In this document: one piece after another, positions 41,099 to 52,800 of the stretch
How the letters are laid out: each line of letters starts with the position of its first letter
How positions within the stretch are numbered: position 1 is the stretch's first letter
Source: Auanema rhodensis
Taxonomy: Eukaryota > Animalia > Nematoda
Direction: 5' to 3'
DNA: 64,000 bases
Assembly (NCBI GenBank): GCA_964057225.1
Contig: OZ059898.1
Coordinates: forward strand, 8,308,001-8,372,000
Made by a program: the position numbers and the translations under genes
The notes under the pieces: generated by a model
The model's input: only the letters and a program-made list of their open reading frames with translations
Told to the model about the DNA's origin: nothing
The model's database searches: none

Positions 41099-42444
41099 AT
41101 TACTGATATTAATATATCAAAATAAAATAAATTATATGATATAAGTTATATATATTTTGTATTCTCATGTATAAATACATATTTTAATTTAAAAAACGAA
41201 ATGAATAAGCATATTGAACTTAAAAAATTTTAAAATATTATATTTGAAAGTTTTAGAAAATGTTCTAATTATTGGCATTAAATAGTTTTCTTGAGCAGAT
41301 TATGAGGATTAACTATGACTAAGAAAAGTTATCTGGAGGTCATCGCCATTGTTTCCATTTTGAATAGAATAGAATAGTTTTACCATATTGCCAATAGCTT
41401 TTATTACATATAAGGATAAGAAGAAAATGAAATAAAAATATAAAAAGAAGAAGAATTGTTTTATGAATGAATTCAAATGAATTAAGGGGTTTATAATCAG
41501 ATTATGATTATAAAAAAGTTTCATTCGTGTTAAGTATATGAAACAATATGGTATGTACAATATGTATTTAATACATAATATATAAATATTTCCTAATAGA
41601 TTTCTAATATATACATATAGTATTCTTAACTATACTGATTATAGATTAAAGACTTTTTCTCCTAAACAAAAAAGGTTTTTATCATCATTCTTTACCATTC
41701 TTTATCTGTTTTTTTCGCATTTCCCACTTGTCTCTCATAAATCTATCGTAATCATTGACACCCGGGTAATAAGACAATATTTTCTATTTTATTATGTGAA
41801 TTGTATAATGAATATTGTACATTTTAGTTTATATAGAAAGAATGAAAAACATCTTTTTTTGAAAAAAATCTATTTATTATGCATGTTTAGGGTGAAAATT
41901 ATAAATCTTTTGAGCTATAAAAGTATTTACATAAATATAATTTTTTGTCTATTAGCATGGTTAATGTAAAGTCGTTATACGACTTTAGACATATATATAT
42001 ATATATATATAAGAATACACATATACTGACAATCAGAATTGGAAGACCTAAGTATTTGAAGATTAGAAAACAATACTCAAGTTTGTACAATAAGGTAGCA
42101 AAGTTGGTCAAGCTATGCTTAAACTTGAAAAATGGAAAGAGATTGATCAGAAAATAATAACATCTGATACAAGATTCACAAAATTTGCTTTGAAAAAAAA
42201 TGAAGAAAATTCGACAAAAAAACAAATAAAACACAAACACAGCACCGGCTATAGGCTGTTTGCCTTTGAAAAGGCAAAACCCGTAATCATCACGAGGCTC
42301 ATATCTACTAGAGAATGCACACTGGGGAGCGAGAAGAAATAATTTTTTCAGAAAAAGTACTGTATGTTACTTTTTTTGAAGTTTCTTCTAAACTATCTGA
42401 AGCTAACATAGCTCAGCTTGCTTGATGTTGAAGGCTTAATGGCT

Positions 42445-45400
42445 TCAGACAGATTCCAAGCCCGAATCATGAGCTCCAATAGATGAGTTAGGTGAGATGT
42501 GATGATAGATTCTTGTCTGTGGTGGTGGGATGGTAGAACGGTAGTTGTATCGTCCGGTTCCGATAGATGAGGCAGAATCAAGGGGTGAGGTAGTGGTGGC
42601 TGTGTCGGATTTGGTTTGCCAATATCCAAGATTACGATGATGTTCCCATGGCATATCATATCTGAAAAATAAAAGTATAATAGTGATATGAGAAGATAAT
42701 TTAGAAATGAAGATATGAGAAGGGAGAGAATATAATTAGATGTCAGAAGCTAAGTAGACTATGATGAAGAGATGATGAAGTATTATAATTCATATTAACA
42801 CCTAACAGCTAACAGCTAACAGCTATTAGTCGAGCTTTAAAATATACATAATCTATTCAATCATCTTTTTGTATTTTAATGACGAGCAGAAGGTATAGTA
42901 AGAGAAAAATATGAGAGAGAAAGAGGTAAAAGATGATAAGGATAGTGATTGGGTAAGATACAGGTTGACAGATAGGCGAGAGAGGTGTGCGAGCTGACGT
43001 CAATTCATCATAATTGACTAGGAGTTCGAAGAAAAATCAGTAGAAGAGATATAGAGGCCAGCCGGATAATGATATATGACTGACTGATGGCATATTACAG
43101 AAGACCTTGGATCATATAGTGGTTGAAATCTCATAGTTATAGCTAATTCAAGTAAATTGTGCTAACTCATATAGTTAAAGAAGCCTATTAGAAGTGTTAG
43201 AAAAAAAGATATGGTCAGGAATAAGAAAAGATTAAGGATGGAAAAAGTACCGTACCTGGATTCGTCATCAGTTTTTACAAGAGCTGGAGAGTATGGAAGA
43301 TGGTAGCGTGGCTTGACCGAGATTTGACGAGATGTTCTGGAACAACTATATATATAATTAAGAGAAAATAGTCTTTAATGAAAAAATAAAAATAAAAATA
43401 TTATATATTCAAAACTCACTTCTTTTGGCGCATAAAAGCTACAAGAAGGCATCCAAAAGCAGCTGAAGTGCTGACGGCAATAGCAGCAAGAACGAGCATG
43501 CCGATGTGCATCAGACGGTCTTCTCCACGGAGTGGAGCAAGAATGGAAGCTGAGAATACAGATGGATCATCCGAAATCTGTAAAAAACAAAATAAGTTCT
43601 ATGTTTGAATAATCTTTATGCGTTTTATTGGTTTTGAATATTAAGGCCGGAATTTCACGTTGAGTTCAGATGACCGTAAGTTAGACTGCGAAACATTGTG
43701 CAATATGGCTTGGCCACCACAGGGGGTCAGACAGTAAGTATAGCATAGTTATGTTTTAGTATAAGGCACATATAGTTATCCACGTAAGTATATGGGAATA
43801 AGCATAATTGCCAGGTCATTCGGTATTAAGGGTCGTCATCTCGATGAAGATGTCAGTAGAAGAAGAATATTGAAGTAAGTGATAGATAGCAATTAAGAAT
43901 CTGTTCAATATTTTCTCGTTTTTTAGGTTAAACTATACTCTAATTATACAGATGTATGTGTGATTAGTTATGCACTATATAGTATATTAAATATGAAAAG
44001 CAAGGCATACCTCTTGTCCAATAATGGTTAAATCCTCTGGATCAGGGCAAGTTGGGCATCGTTCAGTATGTTTCTCAATGGTCAAAGTAGCATTAAAGCA
44101 TTTACCACGGATCTGAAAATAAGAAAAAAATGAGATTGTTTCACAGAAAATGGGAATATTTTTCTTTGACAATTGAAATGAAACCAACCTCAATAATGCT
44201 TTTTCCCCTTTCCTCAGTGCCTTCCATTTGGTGGCGACGTGAACGGGATGCCTAGAATGACACAACAATTAATTAGATTTTCTTCAAATTATTTGAAAAG
44301 ATGATTGTAAATGATAAATTGCTTGAAATTGTCTTCTGTTGAATACAGTTTGCTCTGCTGCCATAAACAGTATGACTGCTGTACTTGTATTGTATGAATT
44401 GAAGGGAAGAGAGACTGATGACTTCTATTAACAACAACAACGACGACGACGATGACGACGTCAACGATAACGATTATGAATACAACGACATCTACAAGCT
44501 CACTAATGTATATATCAGTTGCGTCACAGAGGACTGTATGCAACATCTGTTTTACATCTGCATGTGTCATGTATTGTCATGTCATCAACCTCATCATCAG
44601 CATTGTCGTTGTCAAGCATCATGCAGCAGGCAGTAGCTGGCTACTATTCTTCCTTTTCAACATCTTTAACTGCTGCTCTACTTCAGACAAAGCAATTAAG
44701 AAGCAGATGAAGAGGTCATCATATACTTTGTATTGACATGGCAATTAAAACATTTGAAGAAGACAATAGTCAAGTGTAGACAATTTAGTTTTTTTAGATT
44801 CAATTATGATTATTCTATGTTCAATATTTCTATTTAGTAATACTCACCAATGGCTCAAATTCAGGAACTTGAAATACACGGATTGAAGCTGTCTTATCGC
44901 ATGTACGAGGAAATCCATACATGGTATCTGTACCAACTACTTGACAAGATACTGAAACTTCTTCAGGCTTTCCTGATCTCCATTCAGATACAAGAACACG
45001 TGGAGCATCCTATAAGTATATTATTAAGATCTTTATAGAATATGCTATAAGGATTGATCAACTTGTTCACAAAATAGCTATATACTTCGATATGATTGGG
45101 AGGTAAACTCTATTCAAACCTTATGCTATAGGCTAATATACCCATAAGCTAATATTATCTGCCAGGATATTTTCCGAGTACGATACAAAAGATATAGATA
45201 AAGATAAAAATAAGAAAGAAGAATTCAAAAAATAAAAGAGAAATAAGAAAATAGAAAAAATAATTAATCGATATTAAGATATTTGAGATATCAAAAGTAT
45301 ATATCTAACACCTTTGATGTCCTGAATGATGAAAAACAAATCGACTGTTTAAGAAGATCATATTACGTAATCATTTAGTAAAAAATTGCAATTAATTGAC

Positions 45401-46097
45401 GCCATTTGTCGGATTCCGACGACGTCACAAAGTCAACCGCGTTAAGAGTTTATGAGCAATTGATGTTACGCAAGAAGGCAATCTGATCCTGTTGAGGACA
45501 GCTCACACATAATACTCGAAAAGTCAGATGAACTACGTTGATATGAATTGTTAAGTTAATTTTAATATAATATATAAATAAAATAAATAATTGAACTCTA
45601 AAATGTATAAAAACTCAGATCAAAATATGGATACGCGGCTTTTATAAGATATATTGTAAATCATGAACATGAGGGAACAAAGGTAATTGAGCTTTGTAAA
45701 TAAGGCTGCGGAAGCTTTTTTCGGCATTTGTTACCAAATGGCAATGAGAAGACCAAAATTGGGAGAATAGATTGTAAACAGTAATTAGAAAGTGTCTAAT
45801 CTGAAGGCTAGGCAATAGATGTAGAAGAAGAATAGTAGTTGAATGAAGTATTAGTGTATATAGTAGATAGATATTTTTCAATCTTACCTGTACAAAATGC
45901 TCAGAAATTGGCCAGCTGATTGTTCGTTCATCGCTAATTGTCAAAAGTTCTTCTTGAATTTTGAATCGAGGCTGAGCACAATTGGCTGTCGTTAGACATC
46001 CTTCGCGCCAATCAACCTTCACAAGCTCTGTTGTGATCCAAAATGTATCAGCAGATACAAGAGATGCTAATAAGCTGAGTGCTACGAAGAATAACAT
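42445..46097 (-). CDS. 330-aa type I membrane protein with a C2-like (Notch-ligand N-terminus-like) ectodomain
   Basis: Exons 45888-46097, 44848-45009, 44189-44251, 44011-44112, 43420-43577, 43256-43336 and 42445-42661 (993 nt, all GT-AG, phases consistent). Signal MLFFVALSLLASLVSA, Cys-containing beta-rich ectodomain, TM IGMLVLAAIAVSTSAAFGCLLVAFM, stop-transfer RQKK, tail ending HDSGLESV*. The gene model is solid; the C2 assignment is inference. Confidence 0.85.
42787..42826. repeat. Short 7-bp tandem repeat (CTAACAG)x3 in an intron
   Basis: cctaacagctaacagctaacagcta near 42801-42825. Confidence 0.7.
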
Positions 46098-46309
46098 ATC
46101 TAAAATATGAAAAATGAGTAAAGAAAAAGATAATCCTTAGCTAAATAAGAATAAAAAAATAAAAAATACACGAAAAATCAATAAATATAAATAAAATAAT
46201 AATAGTAATAGTTATGAATATATAGAAATATAGTTAGTACTGAAACATTAACAAGCATTAGCCAGCTAATGAAGATGACGTAAAGGCCAATGACAAGTAC
46301 GAACAATGA

Positions 46310-46445
46310 GAGGCGGAGTTCTGCTACTAGCCATCACTGACAGGAGGGGTAGGTAGGCGGGGCGTGATTAGCGCGGGGCGCCAAATGTTATTAAGGTCTA
46401 TCTCTATGCTAATTAGGGCAAAAAAGGTGGTAGGTAGGCTGGTTA
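46310..46445 (-). promoter_or_regulatory. GC-rich putative proximal promoter of the C2-like membrane protein gene
   Basis: Two GCGGGGCG GC-box-like motifs, a GGCGCC, and an 11-bp direct repeat GGTAGGTAGGC (46348-46358, 46429-46439), all 210-350 nt upstream of the ATG. Confidence 0.45.
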
Positions 46446-46753
46446 AGGCTTTATGAAGAGATGACAAAGCTGGCACTTATATCGTTTCTCTAGTATAAAT
46501 CCAGCTTTATATTATAAATTGAGCCAAGCTGCTAAGATCAAACGATATGAGCCGACAAGCAATGAGTGGATTGTGACTTAGATGAGCTTTATTACCTTAT
46601 AAGACTGAGAATAAAGGTATAGAGATAGATGAAAATAGAAAAAAGAAGGAAATGAGAAAAGAATTATGATTATTAGAGAGACAGATGTAAGAATCGAAAT
46701 TAAAATTTGGAAAAACAGGATACAGTTTAGTGTTTCAAGACAATTATTATAAC

Positions 46754-46758
<5 letters not shown>

Positions 46759-46809
<51 letters not shown>
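46759..46809. repeat. (AT)n microsatellite
   Basis: About 25 AT units. Confidence 0.95.
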
Positions 46810-46811
<2 letters not shown>

Positions 46812-49800
46812 AACTATATAAACTATTATATATAATAGTATAGTTTATATAGTTAGATTAAAGAATATCTAAAATAAATATCTAAATATGATGAGTTTTT
46901 ATAACGGATATTGTCAATTTCCTAATCTGAAAATTACTGATGGAATGAGTAAAGTAAGACGAGAACGGATCAGCAGAGGATTGAATGAAAATCTAACTGA
47001 CTGCGGTATGACATCTTCCCTTGTATTCATCCCCTTACCTCAACCATCAGCCTGAGTCTAGCTAAGCATATCTAATCGGGTGACAGTCTCATGAATCTGA
47101 ACAGATGAGGTAACGAGATAAGATGAGGTAAGGATGTTGTGGCACGAAGGCAAGATGATGGTGATGATGATGATCCGAGTACTGATGATGAGTTAGACCA
47201 ACATCATGAGGCTCCGAATCAACCATACAGGCCATCACACCTCGTTCATCACCTTCACAGATACCTGTAGATGACAACACAACATAGCATACATCATTAG
47301 TTAGAAAAACAGATTTGGAGATGATCTATATATATGCATATAGTTAGCTAAACTATAATATGAATAAACTTTAAAAACTAGTTTAAATAAAGAAAAATGA
47401 TGAAAAATAACAAAGCCGGAAGTTAAAAAATGGTTTCTTTCTCATCAAAATTATAAATTCAAAACTAATAAGAATAAGAATAATAGAAAAAGAATAAACA
47501 AAAGAATAAACTTAACTATAAATACGAATAAAATAAAAGTTAAATTAGAACAATGCTACTGTTTATATGAGTCGGCATGAATACAAAGCTAAACATAGGT
47601 AAAATAGATAAACAATGATCAGAATAAAAATTATTATAATTGATAAGCTGGCACACGTCTAAGCAACTTAAGTAGATTGATTGATAAGCATTAAGTTGAT
47701 TAGAATATTATTCTATTAAAGCAACAAGAAGAAAGTTTAAAACTAATTGAGAATATTGCTTTTTCGATTGAAGAAGTTGCTTAGATTGCTATGTGAATGA
47801 GGACTGAAAAGTATTACAGCATATTCGACTATATATACTACAGACCTAAGATGCATGAACTTGTCATATTTTGCCGTCAAAACTAAAAATGTGAACAATG
47901 AGCGGACGGCACGTGTTTATGCTCTTTTTGAACTTTTACCAGCTTAGGCTCAAACTTGAATAGATAGATGGACGTGAAAAAGGACCTCGAGATAGAAAAC
48001 TATACAGAATATGACCCTGTTTCCCTTATACATCATGGAAATCTTCTGTTTTCACAGATAGTGAGACTACGAATTTAGCCGAAAAACTGTCAAAACATTA
48101 GGAATTGTTGTCATTAAATTGGAGGCAAATAAGGAAAATTCGCATTCAATAAGACGAACAATTCACATAGAGAAGTAAGTTGTGATTAGAAGGATTAGGC
48201 CTAAAGGAAATTACCTTATTACTAACCTAAGTTGTTTGGCAAGTTTTGAGTAACTTAGGTAAAGACAAATTAATCTGATAAACTCAAGATATAATGAATA
48301 ATGAAGAACATAAAGAGTTAAATGTACCAACAATCATTCATTTTCAGTACCGTCAACTGAGGTAAGTAATGATCATGAAAGAGAATTAATGAAATAATAA
48401 AAAGGTTAAACTGAATAAAGCCGAAATTTGATGACCTTGTATATAAAGAAGAACATGAAGAAAAAGACGACAATAAGAGGAGTCTCGTCGTTTAGACTGA
48501 GACTCTCCTTCCTTCTATCTTCGCTTGTCGTCCCGTTTTTCACGTTTTTTTTTGTTTGAAAATAGCCTAGGCATTATATGGATAAGAATCAAAACCAAGT
48601 AAGCGACTGGCCGACCTCAAGCAAGTACTATTATAGCCACCGCTAGTCTCGTTGTCGTCGTGCAACAGACTTCATGACGCTGATGTCCGAAGAGCGGAGA
48701 CTCTCTACACGACAACTGCTACTACCAGCATCGTCATGCCGTTACGCTTTCTTCAAGATCATGACAACGTTGATCGTCAGCATACAGATAGCCATCTCCG
48801 AAAAAGCGTCATTAATCAGCATATTCGAAGATGAAAATTAAAAAGAAAAAACGACAACGAGTAATCATGAAGTGGACGAGAGGGGTTAGAGACATGTATA
48901 TATACATGAATGATGTAGAGACTGTGATGACAATAGCATTGCATTCAAAAAAATCTTGATTATTCGTTTCGTTTTAAAATAATTTATGTGTTGTAAGTGT
49001 GTCTGTCTATTCATACAGTATCTATATGATATATGTATACATAAAGATATATTTAAAGACATATACATATAGTTAACACATTCTCATGTATGTATTATAA
49101 CAGATTTTTGTATTTATTAATTTTATTTTTCAAATAATATAGTTTAAAAGGAATATTATATTCTCATCGGCATAATAAAAGACGACTTCACGTTGTTCAT
49201 GTGATCGATGTTTGACACTTTTTATGAGCAACTGGAGCATATTGAAAGAGCATCATAAGCTTGCTTTTGTCTCATCATAATCCCAAGAACTTCACGCCTT
49301 TTTTAAGTGACTAGTATGATGCGCTTAAAGAAACCTCATTTCGGTAAAGATCAAACACGGGAAAAGACTGGCTGTTAATACCGTGATGAAGGATGAGTCC
49401 ATGTGTTATATGATTGGCAACTATTGCTAATAGAAACTATTATTTCCGTATTATTTGTTTGTTATGATTAACACATTATTACTAACTATATCATAATACT
49501 TATATAGTTAAAAATACATTTAGAATATACTACTTAAGGCTATTTCTCAAATAATGAATATTTCAAACTGGATTAGTATCATTGTAGTTGTTATATAAAA
49601 GAAAAATAGCCTTAAGTCATCGGATAAATAGATGTTCGTGCATTTTCAATGTTATGACAAGCGTTCATTCAACATTGTGTCAACCTTAATCCGTTTGTAT
49701 GCCCCCAAAAACAATTCAGAAGGATATAGGTGCTGCTATGCTGCTTCATCTCTATCAACTAATGATAGTGACAGTGTCATTATTATGTGGAATAGGCTTT

Positions 49801-52800
49801 ACTATAATTGACATTATTGATCAAAAAGCTATATTCTCACGTATTTTGAATATTCATGACAATTGAATTCTCATGTCTATTTCTATTGTCATCTGTCCTG
49901 TTCATCGTCAGTATCTCTGATTAGCTCATATGGGTATGGGGCAGACGGTCAGTCAGTCAATTTCAGATCTACGAGCTGCGATGACGACAAGTCGTTATGT
50001 GAATGGCAACTCAACCTTGTATCACATCAACTGCAATTACATAATCTGTCGTTCAACTCGGATACATTGCATCGTTTTCTCCTCATCCATGTATTTGCCA
50101 TATTAACATGATGATGGAAATAAAGAAATATGAAGCTTCTTTCTATATTAATCATCTATAACTATCCAGAAACATAATTATCATGTCGGAATTACATTTT
50201 TGGATGTCTTTTAACGATTTTCATCTTCTATTTTTCGTTTATATTGGCCAGATTTCAGAAATAGATTATGCGAATTGTCAACGTACTTGAGTGAAAACCA
50301 TCATGACAGCTAATTTTTTTTTCGTTCAAAGGAATAAATAAATGAGAATGAACGGGATCACGAACATGTGGCTGAACGGAAAAAAAGTTTCAATATGAGA
50401 CAGAAGTTCAGTGAAGCCTTTTACATGCAGCGTGACTGGGTCTAACATCTGGTAACAGTATGTCATTCCAACTATTTTGAAGTTAAAAGTTCAAAAGCTA
50501 TATAGATATAACTTAGATTGACTATATATAATATCACATACTATAGTTTATCTCAATACGTATATGATCTTGTTATTGTGTGCTTAGAAAGAAAAGAAAT
50601 GACTTTCCGAAACCAAAGAAGAGGTTGAGAGAAAGATAAAAGCGATGAAGATGCATATGTATATGCAGCGGATATCTTTGAGCACACGCTTATATATACT
50701 CGTTAATAGGATTATCTATGATTTCCGAAGATTGATTGTCAAGCTTCCTGCAGCCTGTCCTCAGCATTCAGGATTTGAGCAACTTGTCACAACGAAACAA
50801 TACAAAAGTCATAAAAGGAAGCAGACCATCAGCAGTTAGATATTCCTATGTCTTTGATGTTCCGAAACACTGTCGTGTCAATCACATTAACAGGTCTTAA
50901 AGCCATGTATGCTCGCTGTTGCTCTTGGTATACGACATACAAGCCGCTTTAAGACTCTTAAGGCTATGAAACAACTGACGATACCTCAGGAACCGGAAAG
51001 CTTTTTACAGCCTTTTCCGCTAATAAGCTTATGTAACCAGAGGATACAGAATGAGTAATAATAAATATTAAACTATTCAATGGTAATTCAATGAATCTAA
51101 TAAGAACACTTAATTTTGAGCCATTAGGTAAAGAATTTAAAAAATATTCTATAGCAGTTATCAAAGTAAGCAGCAATTGAGCTCAGTTGCGTAGATTTTA
51201 CGGTTCAATGAGTATTAGAGCAATGATATGACCTTTCAAATATGATATAAAGGTTGTAAGAAGTACTTAGTAAGGTATCATAGTTATCGTTTACGCTATT
51301 TCATTAGCATAATTGCATAATTGGCCTCTAAAGAATTTTTTAAAAGAGAGAAGAAATCAAAAAATAAGAGCATTTGAAGCAACAGAATATAGAAAGAAAT
51401 AAAAGAAAAAATAGAATAAGATGGAAATAGATTAAGAATTATTGATATACATATCATCCAAAGTTGAAATATTTTGTATTTAGAAATAAGATATCATAGA
51501 CAATTTGTCATTGTGATGATTATTCTCTCACAGTAGGAGATTTAGCATTGACCAGCATTGTCTCGAGAATTTCCATCAAAATATGGAAATTTCACATTCA
51601 TTTACATATAATATGACAATAACATTTAGAGATTTTTAAGAAAAATAAATGTATAAAAGAAGATTTTGACATACTAATGTTGTTATATATGCTTAGATAA
51701 TAGGTAAAACAACAATACTATCATCTATCCTCTAAATGACTTATTGATTCTAGCTATATGATTTGCCAGAGGCTATTCCATTTCATAGATTGTTGTCCAG
51801 TAATGAAGTTTTGAGTGCTATAGAGCTAGCTTTATGAATTTGTTGGAACAACAGTTGCTTGGTCAGTGTTTTCAGGCTGTAAATGGTGTGCGGCTCATCG
51901 AATTGCAGTAGCAGGCCTGTCGGCCTAGCCTGAAGTCGGCTCGAAGGCCGTTGACGACATTTTTATAGCCAACAACATGTACACGAAGATGGCGGATTTA
52001 TAGGTGGACATAGTTAAACGCCTGTTGGCGTTTTGATGTTCGTGTCGTGCACAAAGACTTGTTACACGAGGTTATATGTCGCCAAGTTGTGTGAAGTTGA
52101 ATCATAAAATGCGCTCAGGTGGGTAGAAGAACCATAAGTATGTGAAGAATAAGACTAAGATAACTGACTTAAGAAAAAAATAGAATAGTTAAGCTGGAAA
52201 TGAAATATATTTGAAATAACATCGTCAAAGAGTCATGCATAAAGATTGTCTGATTCCAATAGAGGACTACACAACCTGCTGTCATTAGACTACAGAAATG
52301 CAACAGTATATGAAATCTAAACGGATATAACGAATAAGAATAAGTTGAGAGTAAGCTACTTATGAGGACAAAAGGCTAATTGTTCTGATTGAAGAGTTGA
52401 TTAGATGTTGAAGTGATTTTCATTGTCGTCGGAATGATGAAGATAAAAAGGGTACAATGAGGTAAATGAAGAGGATAGGCGGTATGATTAGATATGTTAA
52501 GCAGATCTAGTCAATATGCTATATGCTTCAAATAGAGTATATAGATGATGACGATGATGATATGCAAAAATCTAAAGTACACATTGAGGTTGCTCATTCT
52601 CAAGAGAAAGAAAGAGCAAGTTTGGACCAAAGTAAGATATATATTATAAGCGAATCAGAACATTGAAGACAAATGTTAAGAAAAAGAGAGTGAGAGTGAG
52701 AATGTGCATGTAGGTGAGAGAAATAGAGAGAGAGGGAGAGGGAGAGAGAGAGCAAAGGAAAGAGTAGAAGAGAAAGCACTCCATATGGTTACTAATCGGC

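Noticed and set aside
44289-44736. Overlapping ORFs with poly-Asp/Asn/Val/Ser
   Set aside because: They arise from (AAC)n/(GAC)n triplet repeats inside an intron of the C2-like gene, whose exons join in frame without them.
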